A DNA stretch of 64,000 bases from Epiperipatus broadwayi. Lineage: Eukaryota; Animalia; Onychophora. The notes under the pieces are model-generated. The model ran no database searches, was not told where the DNA came from, and saw nothing but the letters and a program-made list of their open reading frames with translations. The stretch's first letter is position 1. Every line of letters begins with the position of its first letter. Positions 13,942 through 26,460 of the stretch are shown here, piece after piece. The stretch is taken from NCBI GenBank assembly GCA_028023455.1, contig JAQFVV010000006.1, positions 6,696,001 through 6,760,000 of the forward strand. Reading direction: 5' to 3'. A program made the translations under genes and the position numbers.

Positions 13942-14750
13942 TTACAGGCAGAAGATCCAAATACGATGGGTTACATATTGTAAGTTTTTGAATTTCCACC
14001 GATGTTAACAACAATAAACTTATTTATGAATAACAAAAGCTACAAGAATAAATAGATTTATTTGGAGGGGGGGGGTCTGTCTTGACATTTTGTTCAACAT
14101 ACAGAGCAGTATTTATCCATAGCATGAGAGAGAAAAAGAGAGAAAGTAATTTTCTCCTCTTAATGCCGGAAGTTTTGTATCTATGCGGAAATAAATTGGT
14201 TCATTAAAATGTCATATATATATGTCGTGCCCTAAATGTTATTTGCCACAGTCCCAAACTGCTGGATAGTGCAACACTATAGTGAGATTGTGGTAAGAAA
14301 TGCGTGAATCCATATAGTTGGATACAGTCAGATTTCAGTGATAGTCGATTACGTTCACTTTGGGGTTTGTGTAATTGTGTGTCATGTGTAGAAGTCTGCT
14401 TTGGGAAGAGATGAATACATATTTGAAACCATCATGGTGTTTTTTCTGAGCATGAAAGAAATGAGGTATATAATCCATTATGAATAATTTTGTTCAAAAT
14501 TTCTTTATCGAATTAAATATATATGTTTAGAATGATGTTGAGCAAAAGTGTGGTGTGACACCTAAGAACAATGTAATAGTTGGTGAAAAGGATAAATCAA
14601 TAGTATTATTGTTCAAGAGTGAGTTCAATAATATTTACCATAGGATTTATAGAATTTATAAAAAAATATATAAGTGATTCTATAATGCACACCCTCTTCA
14701 CCCCCCCAATAATCTCATTTTATACTATTACTGAATTGTATTACTTTACT

Positions 14751-15295
14751 AATATTTGAAATACAGGCATTCTTCGTATACCTGCAGCTTAATTGTAAAT
14801 ATAGGGGATAGTACCCTTCAACTATCCACACTATCTCATATATGAAGAATGCCTGTATTTCAAATATTAAACATTAAGCCTGCATCCTGCCCATCCCTCT
14901 TATTTGTATTTAAAACGGATAAGGTCCTATACATGAGGGGTCAGAGTGACTCGAGATCAACATGGACATAACAATAATATTGGCATCAGCATGGGATTTG
15001 AGCACACCAGAATCAGATTTTTAATGGTATGGATGGCTGAAGAGTTGGAGGCTGGAATAGATTGAAGCCTGTCTATTAAAGTATCAAGATTAGCAATCTT
15101 AATATAAACGGAGCACTAATTATATGTGTGTGGGAGATGATCTGGACCAACTGATGAGTGCTGGTTCAGCACGAAATACGTATATTGGTAATTATTTATC
15201 TTTTCTACATACGTGTGGTCATGTGTATCAGTAGTATGAGATAGTATGGATAGTTGAAAGGTGCTTGAAAGTCTGTGTTCAAATCCCCTATATAT
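14751..15295. mobile_element. Family A composite: inverted fragment (14751-14838) plus near unit-length plus copy (14839-15295)
   Basis: The inverted fragment links the plus copy's tail (CCCCTATA) to its head (TATACGAAGAATGCC), implying a circularly permuted unit of about 470 nt. Confidence 0.85.
15146..15189 (+). ncRNA. Type I hammerhead ribozyme, family A (intact)
   Basis: ACCAA-CTGATGA-GTGCTG(GTT)CAGCAC-GAAA-TACGTA-TA-TTGGT. Full core, 6-bp stem II, palindromic stem III ATACGTAT, AUA cleavage triplet. Confidence 0.92.
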
Positions 15296-16218
15296 TACTG
15301 GACTAGGTAAGTAACTGATTTAAGTTTTAATATTTTCGTGTGTTAAAAAAAAGTATATTTTTATAACAAATACCGCAGGCCTCTCAGTATTTTAATCCCG
15401 GGCTGATAGTAAATAATATTGCAGACGCAATTATTTATAAAATAGTATACTTTGGAGACGCTCCCTATAAATGACTCATTAAGAAGTTTACAGGGGAAAG
15501 GATTTATAATTAATTTCTTTTTTCTTTTCTCCAATTTATTTTTTGTGAATACAATAAAAAAAATTTTACTGCATAATTATAATTAACTCAAATTATTTCA
15601 AAAAAATAGAAATGGCGATATTTTTCTCCCCTTTTGTTTGGTAAAATGATAGTTTCGAAGATGAAAGACTTTAATTTCCTTAATACAAATTCGGATAACC
15701 ATTACTATAATTATGTTGACATTAAAAACTCTCGAAAGAAGAAATACTATTATTATTTACAAAAAAATAATTTTTAGTATAAAATAAAGACAAAAATCCA
15801 TAGTTAATAATCGTTAAGTTGTACAGGAGGTCAAGTGGCATTTAAGCGTCAAAACATTTCAACTGACTCAAGGGGAGTTTTATTATTATTATTTTACGCA
15901 GATAAAAATTAGTTCAGGAACCTTTAGCCTGTGAGTACCCTGTAAATAATTAATTAAAACTTTCAAGGCATTAAAATTAAGTAACTCCTCAACAAGTTAC
16001 CATAACGAGTAAAACAATTTAATCGTTTAAATTTGTTGTAGATTCCTCTCAAAGTTTATTATAAATTGTGAGCTACCAATCACAGTACAATATTCCAGAT
16101 TAACTCCTCTTACTATACATATAATTTATGGATTAACCTACAATCATAAGTGAAACAGTGGTTTTAACATCTATATAGAAATGATAATGAACTTTCCAAT
16201 TATATATCTTAATAAAAC

Positions 16219-16595
16219 AACTAAAACATCACATACATGAACACCATTTTCTATGCTCACACAAGCTGTTAAAACAGTAACAAACCGTTCATACAGTAGT
16301 GCCACCCAGGGCAAGCCTTAGTGATCAATAAATGCAAGATGGCTTGTATATAAAATCCCTATCTAGTGCCACTCATTGAATAGCCATAGACTATTTTCTA
16401 GTTTGTGGCTCTCATCAGTGAGGAGCTTCGGGTATAGGTGCAGCACTCTCAAGTCCAATGCTCCTCACTGATGAAACCCACAAGTTAGTAACTAGTTTGG
16501 GGATATTGGGTGAGTAAGCACTAGATAGGTATTTTAGGCATAAACTTGCTTGCCTCCATTGATTACTATGGCTTGCATTGGGTGGCAGAGTTTGA
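16219..16595. mobile_element. Family B composite (minus plus plus copy, two degenerate HHRs)
   Basis: Minus-strand core at about 16389-16425 (CTCCTCA CTGATGA GAGCCACAAACTA GAAA) and plus-strand core at 16461-16503 (GAAA mutated to GTAA). Arms are inverted. Confidence 0.85.
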
Positions 16596-18202
16596 AACTA
16601 TTTTAAAAATTGCAAAGTGAAAGGAGAAAATAAAACCTTATTCATTTCAACAATACAAAGTCTGAAAATTAAAAAAATACATGATCAAATGTATTGATTT
16701 GATATATTACATTTGCTTGTAAAAGAAAACACATTCATTCTTTTCAATATGTAAGATGTGAATAAATATACTAAAAGAATATATAAATATACACTCTTAA
16801 TGCTCATATTGAAAGATAAGTTCCCTCAAAGTAAGGTCAACCTTGAGCCCCTTTACTAATAGAAGAATACAGCCAAGCCAGTTCCAAACATACTTAATTA
16901 AAGAGTTTCATAATATTTTATATAACTTAGTATATGCATGAGTAAAAAATATATATAAATCTTTATATTGTAAAATAATAAATCTTCTTTTAAGACAATC
17001 ATGTGAGGTAACTGTTGTGGCCGTTAATGTATGATCCTAATTGCAGGAATGCATTTTGAAATATTAATGGTAGAAAATTTGATTTTTCATTATCAGTTCT
17101 AATAAAAATACTTAGATTTCAGGAAAATTAGCAATGTCCAGTCTGTATGTTATTGTTATTACAACTATTATTATTATATGATTATTAATATAGTACAAGG
17201 ACTTGAGTGTCTACCTACATGCATCAGAGAACATCATAAGTTTAGTGGCTTTTTTACCTTCAAGTTTAAGATCAAGGAACACCGTGGTCTTTCTTCTCAA
17301 CTGTCAGATAATTCATAAGTGAAATATCAAATCTGTCTTCTTTAAACCTAATAAATGTATGTGATTAAAGTTTATTAAAATAGATATTTACAGTCATGAC
17401 AGATAAACTAAATTATAGTCATTATTTACAGAAGTTTGTAAAGTTGCCAGCCGAGGTATTAGTTGGCAGTTAAAGGCCGAGGATACTAAGAATCTCCTAA
17501 TCGCAAACCAAGGCTCCATTTAATAATAAACTTTTATTTAGGTAATTACATCTGCAGATAACTTTTATGTAAAAATTGCAGTAATTGGAAAGATAATATC
17601 AAATGAGACATTGTTAGAGTTTATAAAGTTAAAAGTAGAAGAAACGATTTAAAAAGTGGATGTGTACTTTACTACAAAGGGATAAATTTGAAAACACAGG
17701 TAGAGAAGTAAGATTCATTACAAAAAAAACATGGTAAAAATAATATTGGGAACTGGCAAGATTAGTTATTTAACTTAATATAAAATATCAAATACAGTAT
17801 AAATAATTCTGGCAACAAGTTATTATTATTATTATTATAAAAAAAGTAACGGTTTTTTTATATAAATATACAAAATATTTTTGATCAGACCAAACATTTT
17901 AATATTAATAAGGAAGACTTTAAGCTAAAATTGATAAACAATTGAAAGATGAAAGCACTGTAGGAAAATTTGTTTATGGGGATAGATTCAAAAAAAAAAA
18001 ACGCAAACTTATGGAATTTTCAGAAAAAGAAAAAAATGTATATTATGAATTCTTTCTTTGCAATAAATGGAAATGGAGATGGAAGCAACCAAATAAAAAT
18101 ATAGTTGAAATAGATTATATTTTGACTAATTTCAAGATTATAATGTTTTTAATAGATTCAGTACAAGAAGTAATCATTAAATAGTGATATCTAAGACATA
18201 TA

Positions 18203-18298
18203 AAACCACTAAACACCTTGTTAAAATAGGCAAAACTCTCCATACAGTGGCGCCACCCAGTGCAAGCCAGAGTAATCAATGGATGCAAGAGGGTTTTG
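18203..18298 (-). mobile_element. Family B fragment
   Basis: AAAACCACTAAACA...AAACTCTCCATACAGTGGCGCCACCCAGTGCAAGCCAGAGTAATCAATGGATGC matches the other family B copies. Confidence 0.85.
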
Positions 18299-19594
18299 TT
18301 TGTTTATCTAAGATAAATATATGTTAATGCCAAAGTAGAAAAACAAAAAAATAATATGAAAACCAGTATTCACAACTGATATCCCTAATCTTCAAAAAAA
18401 TTCAAATAAATTCAAATTAGAACTTGTAAATTGTTTTAAATTATTGTCAGATATTGATGTTGATTCACGTTTGAGTGAAATCAATAAAAATATAACTGAT
18501 AACATTATTCAGAATTGCAGCACAGATAGCTGGTACAAAATAGCAGTAATTTATCTGTAAATTTTTTCTATGATAAAAAGAAGGAATATGAAAATATATA
18601 AAAATGATCCATTAAGAAAAAGTAAATTTCTACTGTTTTATAAAATGATACAAAAAAGATTTAATAATGATATAAGAAAATATAATTGTGAATTAACAAG
18701 GAAAACTATAAAAAGGAATAAGTCTTAAAAGTATAAGACAATATTTTGATATTGGTAGGAAGCTTATTTCTGAAATAAAAAGAAAAGATAGAACTATCGT
18801 TAAAAAGAGAAATAACATTATCAAATAGGAAATCTATAAATAATTATATAATATTAAAGAACAAGAAAAGAAAATATTCTATACATCTTTGAATTGTCAA
18901 ATATTTTACATGAAGTAATGAGTCATACAATTAAATCTATGAAGAGGAGAAAAATTCCAGAAAATAATGCTATTATAATCAATATCTTAAAAGAAACAGG
19001 TGAAGAAATTGAAAGATAATTCTATACAATTGCTCCATCTTTTGATATCTCAAGTATTTTACATGAAGCACTAAGACATACAATTAAATCTATGAAGAAG
19101 AAAAGAATCCCAGAAAATATTATTACAATCGATATCTTAAAAGAAATAGGTGAAGAAATAGTTAAGATTGTTGGTAAAGTTATCCACCAAATGTCTAAAT
19201 GATAAAGATATTTTAGGTGATTGGAAAAATGAGCATAAATGTTGATATTTAAGAAAGATGATAAAGAAGATATTAGCATTTACAGATCTATTAGCTTTTC
19301 ATCAGTTCTATGCAAAAATTTTATCCAGATAATTACAATGCATCAAACCAACCAAAAGAAGAATCTGAATTTAAAAGTAGTAGATCACTTCCAAGTATTG
19401 AGAGAAATTATAGAATAGACCATGAATTATGAATTGCCATTATGCTTTAAATTTGTAAACTAGGAGACATGATGATATACGCATTTCTACAGTGACTAAA
19501 GCATTGGATCAGCAAAATGTAGACACAGGATGTTGTCATATTCTGAAGAATATTTACCATAATTCAACAGCAATGATTAAATTACATAGTGATT

Positions 19595-20206
19595 AAACAG
19601 GCAGAACTCTCCATATAGTACTGCCACCCAGTGCAAGCTAGAGTAATCAGTGGATGCAGGAAGATTACTCTGGCTTGCACTGAGTGGCACTATTATATGG
19701 AGAGTTTGCCTATTTTAACAGCTTGAGCAAGCAAAAGAAATGATCATGTGATGTTTAGTGGTCTGATACCAATCCTGTGTAATAGGATAGTGTTGGCTAT
19801 GATTATTAAAGAACCAAAGACACCAAAATATATGGGTACTGAACTGAGTTAATACTTATATCATTATATAAGATAATGATCCTGGATTGAAAATATTATT
19901 ATGTTTTCAATTTTAGACTCGTAGTTTTGTAGTTAAATAGAGATAAAAGGTAGCTGCTGGAGGATTGCATTCGATCGTAAGATCTAGGTACAATGCTCAC
20001 AGATCCAGCACTCCTCACTGATAATAGTCACAAGCTAGAAACTAGTCTGGGATATTAGATGAGTAGGCACTAGATAGGGATTTTGTGCACAAACCTTTTT
20101 CCATCCATTGATTACTCTAGCTTGCACTGAGTGGCGCTACTGTAGGGAGTTTTGCCTGCTTTAACTGCTTGAGCACCCATAATGGTGATCATGTGATGTT
20201 TAGTGG
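19595..20206. mobile_element. Family B insertion: about 70-bp inverted segment plus about 1.2 tandem units (period 447 bp), 13-bp TSD
   Basis: GATTACTC recurs at 19663 and 20110. TSD TTACATAGTGATT at 19582-19594 and 20207-20219, inside RTE RT coding sequence. Confidence 0.9.
20011..20052 (+). ncRNA. Type I hammerhead ribozyme, family B (core G-to-A mutation)
   Basis: CTCCTCA-CTGATAA-TAGT(CACAA)GCTA-GAAA-CTAG-TC-TGGGA. The fold is intact but CUGAUGA has become CUGAUAA. Confidence 0.7.
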
Positions 20207-21130
20207 TTACATAGTGATTCTAAAAAAAACAATGGGGTGTATGTATGATAGACTTAATCCATAGTGACAAAACATTTTACAACAGTGTTACAAGAAATAT
20301 TTCATAGATTCTAAGAGCCATAAAAGTAAATGGAGATTATTTAAGTCATCTAGATCTTGCAAATAATGTTTTAGAGCTTCAGGAAATGTTGCAATTGCTA
20401 TTGGCTGAAAAGCTGAAAGTAGGGACAATGATAAATACTAAAAGAATGCAGTAATGTCCAATGGGCTTTTTCACAAAAAGAAAAGAAAAACCCATTATCA
20501 CAAATTAGAAGTTAATCATATTATCAATATAGATGAAAATGTAATAGATGAAATTAATCATATTAAATTTGGACTGTTTTTGGTAGTCTATGTGTTTGAA
20601 AAGGTATATTTTAGATAGATGTTTTACCGGTAGTTACTTAACAAAAGAGCACTATAGAGATTTACGATCACTCAAGACAGTATAGAGAAATTTACATTAG
20701 AAATAACAAGAGATTGCAAAAGAAATATATGGTGAGAGAGCAAACAGGTATTATGGACAACATTAAAAGAATTAGAGGAAATGGAGCTGGGATGGGTGTG
20801 TTTCTGGAAGAGATGATAGTAAATAGAATAATTGAAGTTAAACTAGATCCCAAAGAGATTGTCAAAGACCTAGAAAATGACTACTGTAAAATTAATTTAC
20901 GAAATAAGAAAGTTTGCTGGTGTTATGTGTAGAAGAGAGATGAGAATTTCAAGAGAATGGATTAATCTCAGAGACATTTATCTTACAGTGGATTGATAAT
21001 GGTTGGAAATGATGATGATGATACATACTTTGTTTTGTAGTATTATCATTAACTGTAAATATTAAAATAAATCAGTGTCATGATTTTTAATAAAACATGA
21101 AAGGGAGCCATGTTAACTATAATATAAGTG

Positions 21131-21353
21131 CTAAAGGTCACATGATCACACCATTCTTTATGCTTACACAACCTGCTTACACAGAGGCTAAACTCTCCAT
21201 ACAGTAGTGCCACTCATTGCAAGTCAGAGTAACCAATGAAGGTAAGAACATTTGTACACAAAATAGGGATTTTATGCACAAACTTTCTTGCCTCCATTGA
21301 TTATTCTAGCTTGCACTAGGTGGCACTGCTGTATGGAGAGTTTAGCCTCTGTA
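21131..21353. mobile_element. Family B inverted composite without HHR
   Basis: CAGAGGCTAAACTCTCCATACAGTAGTGCCAC ... GTGGCACTGCTGTATGGAGAGTTTAGCCTCTG form inverted arms. Confidence 0.85.
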
Positions 21354-22129
21354 TAATATAGCTGATGAGTAAGGGGTAAGCAGTATATATTGATTATGTT
21401 TGTGCATACAGTAATATATCAAAATGAAGAAGTAATTTTTTTAACCATCTCTAAATAAAAAATATCTGGATTCATAGTGAAATAAATTTTTATTAATGGT
21501 GGACAAAATGAGAAAAAATAAATAAATTGTTTCATACCATTAAAGAAAGTATCTTTAAATAAAATTGTAAAGGATTAAATAAGTGTTGTTGTTGTTGTTG
21601 CTGTTATTATTATTATTATTGTTGTTGTTGTTACAATTAAGAAATCACATGATTTTAGCTTTCAGATTTCTAATTCATTAGCAAATTCATTTATTTGCAC
21701 TAAAAATAAAAGAAGCTTTTTTAATCAATAGATACCAGGTGGCAGTATTTATTAATCGTTATCCAAATACCCCCTGAGTAGTTTCTAGTTTATGGCTTGA
21801 TTCATCAGTTATGAAGTTTTGGATTTTTTTCAACTGTGCACGTCTTTTGAAACTAATGTATCTTTCCTCTAGCCGCCATTCAAACTATCAGATGAAATTA
21901 AAAAATTAATTTTTTGAATCCAAACTTATTTGTTTGCATAGTTATATAGATACGATAAAAGCCATAAACTAAAAACTGATATGATGGAAATTTAGATAGT
22001 ACAGTTCTGGATAAGGATTTATTAAGCACTACCATTTGACATCTATTGATTATAAAGTTTACACTAGATGGCATAAAAGTAGTCAAAATAGAAGAATTTA
22101 CTAAAGAATAGCTATGTGTAAGTTAAGAG

Positions 22130-22500
22130 CATATGATATCTTTTTGATCATGTGACATTTATATGCTTTTACACCAAATCTGGACGAAGAATAAAGGTGC
22201 CCAAGGTTATAAAAAAACTAAGTTTTTCATAATATGTATAAATAGAACAGGTTTTAGATCTATATAATTATGCAAGTAAATAAGCTTAGATTAAAAAAAT
22301 TAAAAAGTTTTTCAATTTGGGCTGGTAACTTGGTGGTATAACAAAAAATATAAAAAGGCTGCTGGACAAAAGATAAATTAGATCCAAAAAGATTTAAGTA
22401 TATTGTTCAAAAAATCCACAAAGCTCCTCACTGATGAAAGCTAGAAGCTAATTGAGAAAATTTGGATAGAGCAGCAACTGGATAAGAATTTGTTAAGCCC
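22130..22500 (+). mobile_element. Old diverged family B unit
   Basis: TGATCATGTGAC... followed about 290 bp later by GCTCCTCACTGATGAAAGCTAGAAGCTA, the same order as 19740-20040. A second remnant lies on the minus strand at about 21770-21815. Confidence 0.55.
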
Positions 22501-23852
22501 TACTACTTAGCTAACATAAATCGTATCTTTTAAAGGGTCATAGACAAAATACCTTGTATTTGTATACTAAAAAGTGTGTATCATAAATTTAAAAAATATG
22601 AAATCATATATATATTTTAAATCTTTGTTCTTTGTAGATAAAACAGGAATTTATTTGTTAGTGAAAGTTTTAATTTTTTTTTTGTCAGAGTCAGTGTGAC
22701 TGTAAACTATGTTAATTTTAAAACATTTCAATAAATAACGTTCATTCTCTCTTTTACAAATTAACCAACAGAGTTTTAATATATTAAAATTTTTGTCAGA
22801 ATAAATAAATAAATTTTCTTACATCAATTATAAGTTTCAGGAAAAGAAGTAAACTTTATATAATAACATAAACAATATTACGTATGCAAATACATATAAC
22901 TAAAAATATTTATATAAATAAATGACTGATTTTTTTTTAAAAGTTTTAAATTATGTTTAAGAAATACTTAACAGAAAACATTTTAATGTAATTATCTAAT
23001 TTCAAATGAAGGAAATATGAAAAAATTGGTTTGATTTTTTTTTTTTTTTTTTTTTAGACAAAAATTAACTATGAACTATGGGTAATCGCTCAAATCACGT
23101 GATATTCGAGTGTCCTAGTAGTAAATTGACTTTTCAACAGTTCTCAATCTGCTTTTTTAATGATTCGACCGAGAATTCATTATACCCTGAGTCCATCACC
23201 TATCACTGTGTAAAACACGATGAACTTATATTTTCCTATATATTTTATTAATTTTGATTTCAAGATACAACTGCTTATTCCAATTCAACTCTGCCATCTA
23301 GGGAAAGCTTAAGTAATCAATAATATCCTCAGTTATTCTATCCTTATCCTTGGATTAATTTCTCCTAGTGAATTATTCAGCAGAATACATTAAGGGTGGC
23401 CCTATTTCAAACATCGGTAGACAATAAAATGGCTTTTGAGTAGACAACTTCAACAAAATTCCTCTTTAACAACCCCTCACATAAGGTATTACCAGGCTTA
23501 GCTATTCTGGGTAATTAACAACTAAGACGGATTGGCTAGATAAGTGGTTTAAAAAAACTTCATAGCCTAATTGAAACCTGAAAAAATTATTAATTTTTAC
23601 CCAGCTGAATTCAAATTTAAGCTATAGTTGTAGTAGTCAGATACCTATCATTATATCTTGTCTTTTTTAAATAAAATAAATATATCTACTTATTTAAATT
23701 TTTGTGTTTCAAAAATTAAAATTTATATATAAAAAATAAAAGAGATAAATATCAGAAAGGGAGAGTGCTAGCTTTAGATAGCTTTGACTGACTTTTTAAG
23801 ATTGTATAAATCTATACATTTTAAATACAATACCTAGCGCTAGATGTAATAC

Positions 23853-24205
23853 AGGGGGTTTGAACACTTCATTCAGCCATTCGCTGTACCTCAAACAACC
23901 GATACACATAAACACACACATGTGAAAAAGATCTCTTCAATATATGTAGTTTGTGCTGAACCTGCACTCACCAGTATATTAAAGCTTTTGTGAAGATTTG
24001 CTATCTTAATATAAACTGAGCCATGATTATATATGTGTGTGGGAGATGATAATCTGGACCAACTGATGAGTACTGGTTCAGTACGAAATACGTATATTGG
24101 AGATCATTTATCTTTTTCACTTGTGTGTGGTAATGTCTATCAATTGTATGAGATAGAATGAATGGCTGAAGAGAGATTGAAAGTCTGGGTTCAAATACCC
24201 TATAT
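23853..24205. mobile_element. Family A composite (minus copy 23853-23985, plus copy 23986-24205)
   Basis: The minus copy starts at a degenerate core (CTGGTGAGTGCAGGTTCAGCACAAAC). The plus copy carries an intact HHR. Confidence 0.88.
24059..24100 (+). ncRNA. Type I hammerhead ribozyme, family A (intact)
   Basis: CCAA-CTGATGA-GTACTG(GTT)CAGTAC-GAAA-TACGTA-TA-TTGG. Stem II shows a compensatory G-C to A-T change relative to the 15146 copy. Confidence 0.92.
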
Positions 24206-25199
24206 TAAATGTATATAAATATAAAGTTACGTTAATTACTATTCTGACAGATTATAATTTTAAAATCACTGTGTCTTTGTTTTTTTAAAGTACATTTATT
24301 TTGAAAAAGCACCGGAACAGAATCTTAAAAATTCGTCATTAGAACATATAGATATGTGTGCTAATATGCAGTTTTTATTTTGTGGATTAGATGCAAAAAT
24401 ATATGTATCAATAAAGATAGAAACTTTATACCTGACAAGATTACTTAATAAAGTATAAATCATAAAAAAATAAGTAGACAAAAAAAATGTATTAAGAGCT
24501 ATTAAAATTTCGAAAAAAGGCAAAAAAATGTTATGCATAAAGTTAAAAACAAACCATGACTTAGTGCTAGTGGATATAAAGACCATGGGCAAATGTTTGT
24601 AGATATATAAAACATGATTCAATTCTCATAGATATAAATAATGATTCAGTGTTCGTAATATAAACATAAACTATAACTCAGTACTAAAAGATATATAAGC
24701 CCATAGCCAAGTATTGGATGATATATAAACCTTGGGTTAATGCTGGTAGATATATAAACCAAACTCAGGATTGGAGGCATATAAACTATGGCTCAATACT
24801 AGACATAAAAATCATGACTTAGTGTTAGTGAATACATAAACTATAGTTCAACACTATTATATATTTAAACTATGGCCCAATGCTAGTAGATATATAAATT
24901 ATGGTTCTATGCTAGTTGATATATAAGCCAAGGCTTAATACTTAATGATCAACACTTGTGTGTTATATCCTGATTATTCAGAGATCTTTGAACTGACAAC
25001 TAGAAATAGATGAAGTATCATTTAACCAATATTTGAATGACCTTGCAGGGCAATGACAGCACATCTATCAGCCAAGCTTACAACCTGGGTTCAAATCAGG
25101 GTTGAGCAAACAATCTTTTTTAACTGCCTTTGAATTTTTCACTCAGATAGTTTATAGCCAGCCTGGATATTCGGAATATTAGAAATTGAATTCCCAATC

Positions 25200-26460
25200 T
25201 TATGAAAGACTTCAGTGAACTTAATTTAGAGCTTGCAAATAATTTAAAAATATTAACTGATTTTGAAGATGGTCTGAGCTTAACTGAAGTCAATAAGAGT
25301 GTGATTGATAATCTATTGAGAATTATAAGAAAGATATCTGATATAAAACATGCAATTTATCAGAAAATATTCTAAACATACAAGACAATATAAAAAGAAA
25401 AGGAGTAATATGATTTTTTTTAAAAAATGATCCATTAAGTAGAATCAAATATTTAGCATTTTGTAAAATAGTATGAAAAAGAATTAATAATATAAAAAAA
25501 TATAATTGTTAATTGTTTAAAAAGCTGTAGAAAAAACCAACTTAAAAATGTAAAATAACATGTTGCTATCGGAAGGGAATCTGTTTTAGCAATGAAAAGA
25601 AAAGATCTAAATTGGTATTCAAAAGAGATATGAAATATATGGAAGATATGGAGGATTTCAGTGAAGTACTATATAGTACTAAAGAACAAGAATATTCTGT
25701 ATAATTACAATATCTTCCAAAGTGCCAACTATTATAAATGAAGAAGTGAGACATGCAATTAAATCTAAGAAGAAGGGAAAATCTTCAGGTAATTGCAGAA
25801 TTATAATCAATATCTTAAAAGCAGCAGATGAAGAAATAGAAAAAATTGTTGCCAAAGCAACATACCACATATCTAAATGATAAACAAAAATGATTGGAAG
25901 AATGCAATATTAGTCATTACTGAACTATGAATCTCATATCAGTTCTGTACAAAATATTTACTAAAATAATTACAACTTATCAATAGAAAACTTTAGATTC
26001 TAAGCAATGTAATAAATAAGCTGGATATTACAAATAGTTTAAGTATAATCACATCCAAGTATTAAGAAAACTTTAAGAGAGAACCAATGAATACATGTTG
26101 CCATTATGTATTGGATATATAGATTTAAAAAATGCATTTGATTCTCTAAGCATTTCTACAGTGGTTAACAAAGAACTATAGAAGATCTCAGCTTCTAAAG
26201 TATTTATTTATAACACTAATATCATTCGAAATAAGAGCCATACAAGACCTTATTACTGAGAAGTAAGGTTTTTTTTTTATGTGTCAAAGCATCGGCCAGG
26301 AAGCGAACCCCGGGACAACTGCTTATAAGGCAGCTGTGCTAACCACTCGGCCACCAACGCTTGACTAAGGTTTTGACACCAGCACAACACTTTTACAAAC
26401 AGTATTCCAGAAAATTATTGAAGACAATCTTCTCTTCTGTAATTATTATTGAAAATTTTT
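25200..26460 (+). mobile_element. Decayed RTE LINE fragment (endonuclease end to RT)
   Basis: Colinear with 18450-19580 and 20270-20300 (AAAAATGATCCATTAAG; CAATTAAATCTAAGAAGAAG; AATGCATTTGATTC). Confidence 0.75.
26273..26365 (-). mobile_element. tRNA-Gly(TCC)-derived SINE with poly(A) tail and 9-bp TSD
   Basis: Minus strand GCGTTGGTGGCCGAGTGGTTAGCACAGCTGCCTTATAAGCAGTTGTCCCGGGGTTCGCTTCCTGGCCGATGC-TTTGACAC-A(n). TSD TAAGGTTTT at 26264-26272 and 26366-26374. Confidence 0.85.

Larger units (their letters stand above)
17020..21025 (+). mobile_element. Full-length but heavily decayed RTE LINE, interrupted by family B insertions
   Basis: 17130-17900 is colinear with the 5' UTR and endonuclease at 57350-58080. 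RT-like segments lie at 18850-19580 and 20220-20330, and the element ends in an ATGATGATGATGA tail at about 21010. Confidence 0.8.

Noticed and set aside
21131-21353. Family B as a TIR DNA transposon (MITE)
   Set aside because: Arm lengths and termini differ between copies, TSDs vary (11-13 bp), and the family has a tandem 447-bp unit with an HHR.
26289-26360. Functional tRNA genes (also 28239-28307 and 60098-60177)
   Set aside because: Broken stems or indels, drifting anticodons, a shared trailer and a TSD with poly(A) indicate retroposed copies.
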